From: Camelus ferus
Taxonomy: Eukaryota
NCBI RefSeq assembly: GCF_009834535.1
Contig: NC_045697.1
Span: 102,364,001-102,428,000 of the forward strand
Length of the DNA stretch: 64,000 bases
Reading direction: 5' to 3'
The notes beneath the pieces were generated by a model that had not been told where the DNA came from, did no database searches, and saw only the letters and a list, made by a program, of their open reading frames with translations. The position numbers and the translations under genes are program-made. Of this stretch, positions 49,291 through 62,148 are shown in pieces (the stretch's first letter is position 1; each line of letters starts with the position of its first letter).

Positions 49291-51249
49291 ACTCCCAGTG
49301 CAACAGAGGTAACAGAAACATCTTTCTCTCAGGGGGCTGCAAGGTTAGATCAAAAGTGATCCCCAAAGGATCTTATAAACTAGGGTCAGGGCACAAGCCG
49401 CATACTGGAAGGGCACATTCTTCGGACCCTCCTGGTAAGGATGATATTTGCAAAACCTGAAGCAAACCCTGCCTGTGCTTTTCCCGCCCCTCCCGCCCCC
49501 CACCAGCCCGGGTCCTGTTCACATTCCCCCCTGTAGAGCGTGATTTACAGCCCATGCTTTTAAAATGCAGATTTTTTCCCAAAGTTTTATTGTTAGCATT
49601 TAAGTCGAGAGAATTGTGGCCTCTGTCTTTTTACAGAAGTTGACTCCATATCTCAAGTGTTGGTCTACACAGGACTCAACTGCAGATTCTAACTTTTAAG
49701 CTTTTGTTCCTTGAACACCAGTTTACAGAAATCATGCTTTCAGACTAAGGTACAACCAGTTCTTTAGATGTATTGTCCATTTTCAAGAACATTTGTTTCT
49801 TCCTGCTTTCTTCCTTTTTGTATTGGGAGCTGATGTGAATACTATTGACTGTAATTGTGAGATCGATGTGTATGTTTACCGTACAGAGACGTTGTAAATC
49901 AAATAATTATTAAGGGAGTGCTAGTGTATACAATTCTTTTAGAACACAGCCCTGGCAAATGCTAAGAAAGATTTTTTGCTTGCTAAATTAAAGAAAAATA
50001 CAAATATAACAAATTAGACTGGCTCTTGTAATTGGCAGGTGTTGGGTTTTCAATGGAGACAAAAGACTGTACAATTTAAACACTCTTTCCTTGATTGAAA
50101 ATTTGACTCCTTGTAAAAATCCGGATGGAGTGGGAGTATCTAGCCAAGGTATTCTCTTAACTGTCAAAACAGAGTTTCTATCAGATTTCATACGAAGGGA
50201 GCTATATAACCTGGGTGGAAACTGCCACAAAATATTAAAGCGAACTTTAGTTTTTTGATTGTCCCAGTATCTTCCCCTTTTCCTTCCACCAAAGAGTTGG
50301 TTCACTGTGGTCTTGTTTGGAATATTCCATGAAGAACACTGACAATGTATCAGATTGGTCATGGTATGAACAATTTTCATGGGTGGAAATACAAAGGCCA
50401 GTGTTGAATGAGAGCCTTTATAGAGGCTTTGAACAGTAATAAATTCTGATGAAGTATCTCCCACCCCTGCAGACCATCTTAATCTTTTTCAGGCACGCCC
50501 TGGATAACTTACAGGAGAAGCAGCCCGCCTCTGCGGGACAGGAGGAAGAACAAAACCGGTGGCCTTTCATTCAAGCTGGGAGACAAAATTCACCCAAATT
50601 TCACAAAACAGTCTTTGGACAGAAACCAAATGAAAAATTCTTTTCATAGTTGGCTCAACGGAATGCCACCTAAAAGGACCAAGTTTGCTCTCCGTGTTGT
50701 CTGTGCGCCCACGGTGAACCAGGACAATAAGGTGCTGGATGTTATGATTTATTTTGTATTGTAACCCCAAGCAACCTGACCTCTGGTGTATGATAGAAGA
50801 TAATATGACTTCTTTGAAGCAAAGAAGAAAAAAAAAAAAAAAAAGGGGCCAGGGAATAAGTATTGGTGGCATTAAAACAAAGAGCAAATAGCTTGCAGCC
50901 GTAAGGGTTTCCAAGGATTGCAGCCCAGGAAAGCTGAACTCTGCTTGGAATGTGATAAGGTGGCCAGGCCTGTTGTGAAATACTTCTTTGGTAGGAGCTC
51001 TGAGCTGACAGGCCATATAAAGAAGTGTTGCAGATTAGAAGCTTATTTCTTGTCAACATATCAGGGGTGGTCCTTTTGCAGCCTAGCAATCTGAGCGACA
51101 CGGAGCCTTGACCCGAGAAGAAGCAGAAAAGGCTGTCTTCTAAATAGGAGGAATGAGCTTAGAGAACCTAGCTGGTATTTAACTTCATTTACCGCAGCCT
51201 CCTACATTTGATGGGCAGGGGACTTGGAGTGAGGTGAGGAAGCCAATAG

Positions 51250-51450
51250 GAGGAGCCTGAGCCTTGAAGTCAGACCCAAATTTGACCTCTTTCTTCATCC
51301 TGGGTAAATCTCCTAGCCTCCCTGAGTTTCAGCCTCCTGTCTGTTGAATGGGCATAAGAATAATAATACACACCTCTCAGCGCTGTTTCAGGCGTTGAAG
51401 GAGGGAATCTGTACCTCTCAGCAGTGTTGTAAGGATTAAACAGAATAGCA
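51250..51450 (+). mobile_element. MIR SINE
   Basis: gccttgaagtcagac...cctccctgagtttcagcctcctgtctgttgaatgggcataa...gtgttgtaaggattaaa. Confidence 0.7.
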
Positions 51451-51966
51451 AAGAGACAGGTTCACACAGTGGATCTTAAAGTAAGAACATTTTATTCCCT
51501 TAAATTAAGAATAGGGGGATTTATTCATTATCTGAAAATAAGAACAGTGCAGAATCAGTGGACGCTACAACTTTTTATTGTACTTATGACATAGAGCAGT
51601 TTTATCTTGCTAGGCACCCTTCTTTTACAATCTCTGGCTGAAGTACTGACAACTGGATAGTGTATTTTAAAGTCTTCCTCTTTATTCTACATCATTGTCT
51701 GATGTGGGAGGTGGCTTTGGAATTATTTTTTTTATTCCAGCCAACAAGTATTTCGCTAAGCAAGTCACAGTGACTCCATCTTAATTTCCACTTACACTAT
51801 ACACCCTGAATTAGTGCATCCTGGTCAGAGCATGATGTAAAAGTAACATAAAGAGGAATTTTTAAAAATAAAAAAAAAAAAAGAATTAACATTAAGCACA
51901 CTAGTTACAACTATAATATGCACCTACAATTTAAGGGAAAATTTCCTAATAGTAAAAGTAGTCATG

Positions 51967-52347
51967 CCAGAAAGAGAAAGAAAAATATCATATGACATCA
52001 CTTATATGTGGAATCTTTAAAAAAATGACTCAAATAAACTTATTTACAAAACAGAAATAGACTCACAGACATAGAAAATAAACTTAAAGTTTCCAGAGGG
52101 GAGAGTGGGGGGAGGGATAGAGTGAGAATTCCAGATCTGCAGATACACACGACTGTATATAAAACAGATAAACAACGAGGTCCTACTGTATAGCACAGGG
52201 AACTATATTCAATATCTTATAATAACCTATAATGAAAAACAATATGAAAAGGAATATATATATATTTATAACTGAATCACTATGCTGTACCCCAGAGACT
52301 AACATAACATTGTAAATCGACTATACTTCAATAGAAAATTAAAAAGG
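51967..52347 (+). mobile_element. 5'-truncated L1 with TSD
   Basis: L1 3'UTR; TSD agtagtcatg (51957-51966) / agtagtcacg (52348-52357). Confidence 0.93.
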
Positions 52348-52504
52348 AGTAGTCACGTAGACACAAGTTACTTCTAAACAAGAAGTGGCAGAGACTAGCT
52401 CTCTAAATTAATGTTGTGACACTGACATAAGCAAGTTCTACGAATTGTGTCCAGGCCAAGGGGAGCTGCCTACAGCTTGTCCAGGAGTGACCAGCGGTGA
52501 CCCA

Positions 52505-52530
52505 AGCAAAGAAAGCAAAGAAAGCAAAGA
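52505..52530. repeat. Tandem repeat, 9-bp unit x ~3
   Basis: aagcaaagaaagcaaagaaagcaaaga. Confidence 0.8.
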
Positions 52531-52544
52531 ATTTTAACACTGAA

Positions 52545-52690
52545 ATCAGACGCTTCATGATCTAATCCCGGCATTTGACAGAAGAAACTGAGGCTCTGTG
52601 GAAGGTATGTGACCCACACAGTTACTAAGCACCTGAGTGAGAACACAAACTCAGGTCTCATCTCAAAGCCCCGGGCTCTTTCCGATGTGC
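52545..52690 (-). mobile_element. MIR SINE
   Basis: catttgacagaagaaactgaggctctg...gtgacccacacagttactaag...caaactcaggtctc. Confidence 0.7.
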
Positions 52691-53934
52691 TGTTCCAGAT
52701 CTCCCCAGACTCTCCGGCTATCATTACAAACTGTCAGTAACCTAAACATTTCCTCAAGGTTTGAAAAAGTCACGTATTACTGTGCTGTCCGACATGGCTT
52801 TCACAAAGATGTTGGGTGACCCTGGAAAAAAATGCTTTTTTGCGAAAGTGAAGGCAGTGGATGGTTATTGTGGAATAACCATCCCAATCTGCAATCCCAG
52901 GAGGCATAAATAAGTACACAGAAACGCCCACTCTCCTGCACGCTCCTCCAGCCCTCTTGGGGTTTCCACCATCGCCAGCCATAAATATCACTCAGCTCTT
53001 CTACTCATTTGTGGCCTGGTAATACACCCCACCAGGAATTAGGAATTTCTCATTTCTAAAGCTGGCTCGGCCACCCACTTATTGGACAAGTCACTTAAGA
53101 CTTTCTCAATCTGAATCACAGAGTAAGAATCTTCACTTGCATTATGAAGATGACCTTATTCACATTTACTAAGGATTCCCACATTTTCAGAGCTGATTAA
53201 AAAAAAAAAAAAAGTGGCACTATCCTGTCACATATATCGAAAGACCAGCTCTGTGGTTGTATCATTCAGAGACAAGCAAGATTGGAATGCAGAAAAACAG
53301 GGGGATAAACTTTTCAGCACATTACAGCTGAAAAAGAACCTTAGTAATTGCTCAGTCTTCCAAATCATGCTGTTAAAAGCAAAGCTCTAATGAGGACTAA
53401 ATGTCCATAGAAATTTACCACTTCTCCATTAAAACAGCTCTGGCATGAATCTTCTTTCGGAAGTCCCAGAGACGTAGCCTTCGTTCTTAGCCGAGGTTAG
53501 GAATGATTTCTCTGTGATCTCATAATCTCTTGATTGCTCTGATGTTTCACTTATCACATCGTATTATAAATATTTATTCATATATCTGTGGCCCCCAGTA
53601 GACTTTAGCTCTCATAGGCAAGAACCTTGTCTTACTCCTCTTTCTATACCCACAGCCTGGCCCATGATAGCCATTAAATACATGACTTCCTGAGCCACAC
53701 CATCATGGGACAGTTGATTACATATGGGAGAAGCTGTCCAATTATATTCTTTTAGCCAGAGGAGAAATAAAGTGATGTTTTCCCAGTAGAGTTTCATCTC
53801 CTCAATTTATAAAAAGATACTAATAAGGATTTAAACTTTTATGAAAACCATTTCAATGTCTTCTAACTATCTTTATCTTAGATCCTTGAGACAGTGGTCT
53901 CAATATGGCTAGATTCTGTTGATTCTGGCTGAAA

Positions 53935-54021
53935 CACACACATACACACTTAGGTATTCACACATACACTTAGACACACACCCATCCACTCATACTTATA
54001 GACACACTCACATACTCATCA
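53935..54021. repeat. Degenerate (CA)n tract; a similar tract lies at 54540-54590
   Basis: acacacacatacacact...cacatacacttagacacacacc. Confidence 0.7.
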
Positions 54022-54532
54022 TGTAGTAGGGAAGAAGAAATCTGATCCCATATTAGATCTGTTCCTTTAGCTCTAATCCTGGGCGCCGTTTCCTGTGGTG
54101 AGTCATGCTGGTTCTGCACCTTTTGTAAAAGAATGTTTTCTAGAGCCTGAAATACACAGGAGAGCCCATTCTCAAGGCTCTGACCTTTAAGGGTATAACA
54201 CTTTTCCTGTTCATATAGAGATAAAAAGTTGCAAAACTGAGAATAACATTTGTCTTGGAGGTTTACAGGAACATTGCACCTGACCTATGTGGACAGCTGC
54301 AAGAACAAAGGATCCTGACACCAAGAAGTTTGCAACAACCAACCATACCCCCTCCCCTTTTAGTATAAAAGGAGCCTGAATTCTGCCTTGGTAACATGGT
54401 TCTCTAGGACACTGATTCCCCCAACTTCTCAGCCTGCTGGCTTCCCATATAAAGTCACTATTCCTTGTCCCAACACCTCTTCTCTCAATAGCCTGTTGTG
54501 CAGGGAGCAGTATGAGCTTGGACTCCGTAACC
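54022..54532 (+). mobile_element. ERV1-class solo LTR, possibly MER41-like artiodactyl family
   Basis: Starts tgtagtagggaag, ends gagcttggactccgtaacc; flanking direct repeat atca; TATA box agtataaaag at ~54362; polyA-like tataaa at ~54448. Confidence 0.85.
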
Positions 54533-55349
54533 ATCATATATTCTCTCTTTCTCTCTCATATACACATGCACACACATACATGCACAAACCAGAAGATGCG
54601 CAAAAAGAATAAAATATTGAGAACTCTCATAGGGCCACAGGTGTGTGCTAATCACAGAAAGGCAAATAATATACCCTCCTCAATAAGAACTCAAGGCTTT
54701 AGTCCAGGAAACATGCTTCCTACAAAATAGTGAGTGACAAGTTAATATACCTGTGCAAAGAGGTCAGCTGGCACACAGGAAATCCTGACTGCTGGGAGAA
54801 GTTATCACTGTAGACTGTGGGAAGGCCAAAAGGCCCTTTTTCCTTCTTGGAAATATGCCATTTCTCCTGTGCCGTATCTTCTGGGTGTGTTGGAACTGCT
54901 GGCTATATAAATTTGGTTATCGATAACCTAAGGACCCTGAAGAATGTCAACATTTATTCACAACTGTTTATTATAAATAGTTATCTTTGGTTGACAGATA
55001 AATCCAAGATAATGTGGTGAATTTACCTTTTCCTAAAAAAAAGACAATCCAAATGTAGTGAAAACAAAAGTTGAAGAAATGAATACAAACTGCTTCTTTT
55101 TGTTGGATTAATACTATATTATTTTGACAGTTTTAGTTTATCCTTTGTCATAGTCTCATGTGATAATGAAAGATACCACTTGTTTGTTACTAATATTTTG
55201 CTCTCAATTCTTTCCTCTATCAAAACAGAGAAGAAAATTCTACCCTCAATCAGTTATTCCTAAAGTAAATGATATGAATCAGTGATGCTACGGTGCGGTG
55301 CCAAGCAGCCAGCGCGAAGTGGAACAGGAGGCTGGGGGCTCTGGGGCCC

Positions 55350-55450
55350 GTCTCCTGGGTCAGCATACAGCAGAGCCATTCATTAGCTATGTGACCTTGG
55401 GCAAGTTACTAAACCTCTCTGGGTCTCATTTTTGCCTTTGCCAGTGAAAT
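55350..55450 (+). mobile_element. MIR SINE
   Basis: gccattcattagctatgtgaccttgggcaagttactaaacctctctgggtctcatttt. Confidence 0.85.
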
Positions 55451-55969
55451 AACCCTTTGACAAAGAATTGGCAGGCCCACCACTCACTCGGGCAGAACTG
55501 TAAGAGAGGAAACACATTGAGGACCGTGGTCCATCATCACCCACAGGACAGAAGCTAGTGCTCACCACTGTTGCTAGCAAGACTGAGTGGCATTCAGCAT
55601 CACTGTTCCCCCTTCACCACTGCTGAAGCCTAGGATGCTACTTAAGACATCTCCAACCCAGGAGCTCTTCCCGTGGAAGGGGTGGCTTTTCACCAAGGAG
55701 AGAACAGAGATACTAGGATGGAGAAACAAAGGTGATGGAGGTGGGGGGAGGGTGCCAGAATCCAAGGCCAAGTTAGAAATATTTCCTGTTGGGAATATTA
55801 TCCACAGGATCCCTTCCTTGCATGGGTCTCAATCTTTAGGAATTTGTTCTTTTTGAAATTCAAGTAAATTTGAAGTTCAAGAACCACAACTTTAACCTCT
55901 TTTCTCCTTCATTATAACCTTTAGGAAATTGCCCTGACAATTTAGGATGAAATATAACTGCATATACTT

Positions 55970-56519
55970 TTTCTATTATAGTTGATTTATAATGTTGTGT
56001 TCGTTTCTAGTGTACAGCATAGTGATTCAGTTATACATATATACATATATACTTTTTCATTATAGGTTATTACAAGCTGTTGAATATAGCTTTCTATGCT
56101 GTACAGTAGGTCCTTGTTGTTTATCTATTTTGTATATGGTAGTCTGTATCTGCTAATCCCAAACTTCTAATTTATCCCTTCCTTCCTTCTTTCTCCCCCT
56201 GGTAACCCTGTTAGTTTGTTTCCTATGTCTGTGAGTCTGTTTCTGTTTTATAATAAGTTCATTTGTGTCATCTTTTTAGATTCCACATATAAGTGATATC
56301 GTATGATATTTGTCTTTCTCTGGCTTAATTCACTTAGTATGATAATCTCTGGGTCCATCCATGTTGCTGCAAATGGCATTATTTCATTCTTTTTTGTGAC
56401 TGAGTAGTATTCCATTGTATGTATATACCACAACTTCTTTATCCAGTCATCTGTTGATGGACATTTAGGTTGCTTCCATGTCTTGGCTATTGTATATAGC
56501 ACTGCTGTGAACATTGAAT
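55970..56519 (-). mobile_element. 5'-truncated L1 with TSD
   Basis: ORF 56248-56514 is the L1 ORF2 C-terminus (MFTAVLYTIAKTWKQPKCPSTDDWIKKLWYIHTMEYYS); TSD tgcatatactt at 55959-55969 and 56520-56530. Confidence 0.95.
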
Positions 56520-58671
56520 TGCATATACTTAAATAGTCTGTGTGCTAGTCTTTGGGAGACTGAACAAAGAGAATAGCAGAAAGTCTGGTCCCTCCCCATT
56601 CTTTCTGGGTACCAGCAAAGGGTGCCCTAAGCCTGCTGAGTACATGACAACACGAAGTTGGAACTTTTGCCTCGCCAGGAGAGGTCAGGGAGCAAGCCCA
56701 AGGACTAGGGAAGCATTCTGAAGTGGACAAGCAAGAGAAACAGGAAGACCAAATCTTCTTACAAGCCCCACACCTTAGGTAGTGTGGACCAAGAAATAGG
56801 GCAAAGAGCCCATGAATCAGATGGTGTTGGGGGGAGGGGCATGGAGCATAAACACAAGCAAAGACACAACACTATAAACAGTGACACAAAGAGAGGCCAT
56901 GACCTGAAACCATAAAGGAGTTGTCTCACGTAAACAGTACCTAAACCCAGTGCCTCCTCTACCAACTATTTGAATCCAGCCAGTACCGATGGAGGAGCAG
57001 AGGCGGTGACCCGGAACATGGGGGATCAGTTGCCATGTGATCTGTTTAACGCAGAACTCAGCATATCACATAGATTTACCTTTGACCCCCAAATTTCATT
57101 ATTTTTTATCTTTTCTGGAAGGATACTGCTCTTACTCTTTTAATGCACTTAACTTTGAAACATGAAAGAATGCTTACTAACATTTCTGAACTCAGTAAGT
57201 CTCTGAATGCAATTTGATTTGCAAATATAATGACCTCTAAAGTCAAGAATAATGAGAAATTTGTAAACAGTAGAATTGATCATGATTTTTCTTCCTTCAA
57301 CTAAATTCTCCATAAACCTTAAAAAAAAAAAAAAAAAGTCAGAAGATTCCTTAGCCCCCTCAGACCCTGTCCAGTTTGACATCAAGTTATGAGAAGTTGA
57401 CGATCAGGCCATACAAAATCACCACCATCATCATCACCATGATAGATTCCTGTAAAAACTTCGAGTAGAAGACTCGAAACAAGTGTTCTTCATTTTAGAG
57501 GCTATAATTTTAAAATTCTCTTCTCAATATCTGGAATTTCTTACAGCTCATTAGGTGTTATTTTTCCCATCCAAATAAGGATGTTTCGCAGGAATTTTTC
57601 CGTTTTCTTCCCCAATCACGACTGAAGAAGTACAGTGCTGGAAGAGTTCCGAGAGCCCCCTGTGCAGGGCTCCTACTGACGTGGGGGCAACCTGTAAGAA
57701 CTGTCTCCCGTTTCCTCCATCCTGCTCCTCTCGCCTGCCAAACCATGAGCCTTCTTTCCTGTTCCCATGTCTTCCCCTGAAGCTACCTTTTATAGCACAT
57801 TTCAGATCCTTCATCACAATTTAGTAAGCAGAACCCAGGTCCTTTTTAAGACTAATTTTGCTCCCTACTTGCCAAGCATAATACAATGGATTGCCAGTGC
57901 TATTAGATTTAGTATCTTACTCTTTTTAATTATAATGAAAAGATTACACTTAGGTGCAGAGATAGTACTCAAAATTTAAAGACATTTCTCATTGATACAA
58001 GAGACATTCATTCATTTTTGAGCATTATATTTTAAAGAGTTTTATTAAAATCTGTTAATTACTTACTTTCAACCGCTAGGTTTAGAACATATATATTTGT
58101 AGTCTCATACCCTATTTATCAAGACAGCTTTTTGCGTTTGTTTCCTTTCCAATAAAAAAAAAATCAAAACAAAATTGGCTAAGTGATTCATCCTTATTAG
58201 AAAGTAGCTGAAAGCTTCATGTGAAATTGAAAACACAGATGCAAATAAGACACAATTCAGTCAATAATGGAGAACTTGAATTCTCAGTTATGCTTACTGT
58301 TAGCAACAAAGTGAGAATTTGGGATGTGGAAATAGGAGGTTTTCAAAGCGAATGCACACCCCAGTTTTCCCAGGCTTTTCCAACCTAGGAAAACCAGTGG
58401 GTCACACAGTAATCAAAGCCAGACGTCCCCTTGGCTGCAATACAGCATTTGCCTTTTTCTCCCACCGTGGCTCTTCCTGGATCACTTTAAAGTCCTCTGC
58501 TCACTCTAAAGCAAACCAAACTACCACTGTTTGGTGCCTTCCTCCACTCTTTTCTTTTTCTAAGTTCACGTAACTGGGTCTAGGGATCTCATGGATTTCA
58601 GTCAACTATGTTAAAATGCTAGCTTTTAATACATTGACAGTGTTTCCCGTTGTTTTGCAACTTCTGTCTAA

Positions 58672-58910
58672 CGTGGGGGTTTACAAAATCAAGCTCTTGG
58701 GCCAGATGGTCCCAGCCTTGTTTTGGGCAGGCCATAGCTATGAATTTTGTTTAGACTTTTAAAGAGTTGGAGGAAGAAGGAGAAGGAGAGAAGGAAGAGG
58801 AGGAGGAAGAAGCAGAGGAGGAGGGGAAGGTAGAAATCACTGCAGTGGCAGAGGCCACACATGGCTCACAAAGCCTAAAATACTTTTCAGGAAAATTCTG
58901 CAGGCCCCTG
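58672..58910. mobile_element. MER58-family hAT-Charlie element with internal GA-rich expansion (58770-58830)
   Basis: gggggtttacaaaatc...gggccagat...catggctcacaaagcctaaaatactt...aaaattctgcaggcccctg. Confidence 0.7.
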
Positions 58911-59067
58911 ATCTAGAAAGATGGTTGGCCTCACTTACATCATGTGATTTCTCTTTAGATCATTTAGGGCAAGGATATAAGGAAGCTGCAAAAAGAACAA
59001 TCTGGCTAAATCTGACCCTGATACAAAAGAACTCTTGATTAAAGCCTTTTCCAAATCTTTTCCCTTG

Positions 59068-59580
59068 TGTGGCAAGCACTATTGGTTGCCTCTCCAGTGA
59101 ACAGCCTCTCTCAACTTTGATCAAAAATCAGGGAGCCATGTGCTTCAGGGAAGTAGGTTTGGATGAACTAGGCAATGCCATTTCATCCCCTTTGGCAGTG
59201 ATTGGTTTGGGACTCAGCCCAAGTTGTAAATCTGACCAATAAACATAAGGGAAAGTCAGCTGTGGGATGCATGAAAACAGTTTACTTCCTTTTGAAAGGG
59301 AAGCCAAGGAAAGAACATGTCTTCTTATTCCCCTGTCACTTCTGGACATTGTCAGGTGACGACATGATACCCCAATTGCTGTAGCCATTCTGTAACTCAC
59401 AAACTGAGGAGGGCAGGGAGAACAGAAAGATGGTCAAAAACAAACAGACTGAAAACCCAACTCACAAGCCACCTACCTGGGAATTTAGTATGTCAGGTAA
59501 TGAAATTTCTCTACTGTGGAACCCAGTTTTAGTTGTTTTTTCTTTCCCTGCCCCGCCCCCTCAATCCAGAAGCATCCCCA
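59068..59580 (+). mobile_element. Old MaLR LTR (MLT1J/K-type)
   Basis: tgtggcaagcactattggttgcc...gattggtttggga...gctgtagccattctgtaac...tatgtcaggtaatgaaatttc. Confidence 0.55.
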
Positions 59581-60784
59581 TATATCCTGAATAGGCAACA
59601 GTTTGTAGGAAAACGTTCTTGGCTACCTTCATCATTACACAATAGAGGATTAAAAAAAAAGAACAACTGAAATGCTGATCTTCTCCTAATGAAATGGGGC
59701 AATTTATTTATTAATCTATCCCTCAAACATGCCACTTTTGAATTTGGGGTAACTACATCTCTGGGTGTAGCTGTTATGACCAACTCTTGATTCAGAAGAA
59801 TTGTCATCAAGAAAGCAGATGGAATCTTTCTTAACTGTTAGTAAGTAGATGGGCTGAGGTGTGTTCTGAAGGGAAATTAGATTTTGACATCATTTAGCAA
59901 AGTTTCTAAATATTCTACTCAGTGATATACGTATCCTTTCACAGATACTTTTGAGTAATACCATGGGCAGATCACAATAAATGCCAAATTACCGAATGAA
60001 ATTAATTTTAAAAGTCAGAAACGAAATTCCTGAGGGCAAAACAAATCTTAAAACCCCCAAAGCTCACTTCCCTGCCCCACTGCCACTGCCTCTCACACTC
60101 CCCCTCCATGCTGACATCTTCGCCCCCCCACCCAGCCAGCATGCTGTTGGCCATGTGTGTTACCACACTTGCCAGAAGTTACAATAGTTTATTCTAAATG
60201 TCTTGGCTTTTACAGCCTAAATTGAGGCCTTTAGTGGCACTTGGAAATTATTTTTGTGGTTGACTTTTATAGATAACACATTTCCCACCCCTACCCCTTT
60301 CTGCTGGCTCCTTCAGAAATTTGGTTGAGGAAAACCACACAGAATTCTGAAATCTGTAGGCCAGGTGCCCACATCACAGTAACTAGGATCGCCATACTGG
60401 TGGCTTTTGGCAGGACATCAAAGTCTGTTCTTTCTCCCATTATCATTCCTAACAGGAAATTTGACTCCAGTGAATATATATAATATTTTCAGTAGCTTTA
60501 ACTCATAACCCATTAATTACTTTTGGTTTTATTTATTGTGCTTCTGGTATTTCTCTTCAATTTAAAGCTCTCCAAGAGTCTTTTAATTTTAATATTCTAC
60601 TATTATTTATGGGAAACTGTAGCAGGGATATTGGTAGTAGTGAGAAGGGAGAAACTGATGAAAGATTTTTGTCACTATGCTCTTCTGAGATCACCAAATC
60701 AACAACTCCCTTTACATTGAACGTTGCCTTGATGTCAGCCTAGGATGCTTTCCTGCCTCTGTCTCAGCACACCAATAAGCAGGC

Positions 60785-61090
60785 TGCTTCATTCACTTGC
60801 TCACTTTCTCATTATTCTACAAATATTAATTCATCAGGTACTATGTGCCAGACATTTCCAAAGGCCCTGGGGGGATTCAGTGATGAACCAGGTGAGCTCA
60901 AGCCCTGTCATCATAGAGCTCACAGAATCACAAAGGCGAAAGGCCCCAAACTGCGAAAGAAACTAGTACAAGTTGTGGCAAGTGTCATAAAGGAAATAAA
61001 TTGAGGACACAGAGGAAAATTGGCAAATTTTCCTTTGGAAACGTCGTTTTGAGAAGGCATCACTGAGGAGGTGAGTTGTGGAGGGACACA
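60785..61090 (-). mobile_element. L2 3' end
   Basis: ttcattcacttgctcac...caaatattaatt...tactatgtgccagaca...gccctgtcatcatagagctcacag...gaaggcatcactgaggaggtga. Confidence 0.8.
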
Positions 61091-61690
61091 GAGCCCGACA
61101 TAGGAACTCTGTCTTTAAGACTGTGCCTAAAAATACTGACCGGATTCTCTACTTTCGCTGAAGTTCATGTTGATGTGTATTATCTGTAAGAGCAGATTCT
61201 GCCTTACTCCCTAGCAACTTACAGATGGAAGAGTCTTCATTCTCTTTATGGTTCCCTAGGACCATTGATCAGAACCACAGGGAGAAAGCGTTTACTCTTG
61301 GAACTCTGGGATAAGTGCAAGTGGCCTCAGACCTAAAATTCAGTGGGGTGATTTCTCTATGGGCACAGAATCTTCAAGAAATTCCAAAGTGTGAAGGATC
61401 CTTTCTGGCACTCAGGAATGTAGAAGCAAAATTCTTCCAGGGGGATACACACCTGAATACGTTGGTCTGTCCTTCCTGCCTCTTTTCCCTACGTCCTTCA
61501 CATCCTCTTCTCTATCTACTCATGCTGTCGAAGGTCAGATTGTTTTCCTTAAAAGGACTTCTCTCACTAAAACATCAATGCAAGCTGAACTGCATAACCT
61601 TACCCTATTCTACTATCTGCATCTAATTATATGGATTTAATACTTTTCACCCCCACACCATATACATACAAAGCATTCTTCTTGATCATC

Positions 61691-62148
61691 TGTAGCAGGT
61701 TGAATGGTGAATCCCAAAATATGTGCATGTCACAACTCTGAAAACCTGTAAATGTGGCATTATTTGGGAAAGGAGTCTTTGCAGGTGTAATTAAGGTAAG
61801 GGTGAAATCTCAAGGTGAAATCATACTGGATTAGGGCGGGCCCTAAATCCAATGTCAAGTCCCTGTAGGAGAAGAGAAGGGGAAGTAGACACAGATATGT
61901 AAAGAAGCCATATGATGACAGAAGCAGAGATTGGAGTGATGCTACCACAACTGAAGGAATGCCAGGAGTCTCTGGGAGCTGGAAGAAGCAAGGAAGGAGT
62001 CTCCCGTAGAGCCTTGGAAGGGATCACAGTCTCACTGACACCTTGATTCGTATTTCTGGCCTTCAGAACTATGAGAGAATACATTTCTGTGGGTTTAAGC
62101 CACTAAGTTTGTGGTCATTTGTTGCAGTGGCCATAGGAAATGAATACA
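61691..62148 (+). mobile_element. MaLR solo LTR (MLT1C-type) with perfect 5-bp TSD
   Basis: tgtagcaggttgaatgg...gcagagattggagtgatg...ctggccttcagaactatgagagaatacatttctg...ggaaatgaataca; TSD tcatc at 61686-61690 and 62149-62153. Confidence 0.93.

Noticed and set aside
49988..50464. 158-aa ORF (-) as a possible endogenous viral or retrogene remnant
   Set aside because: No viral or cellular motif recognised, and no poly(A) tail or TSD.
56248..56514. ORF with protein-like sequence
   Set aside because: It is the L1 ORF2 C-terminus in a truncated insertion, not a host gene. ORFs at 22936, 46885, 531, 28504, 41122 and 46404 are likewise L1-derived, sense or antisense.
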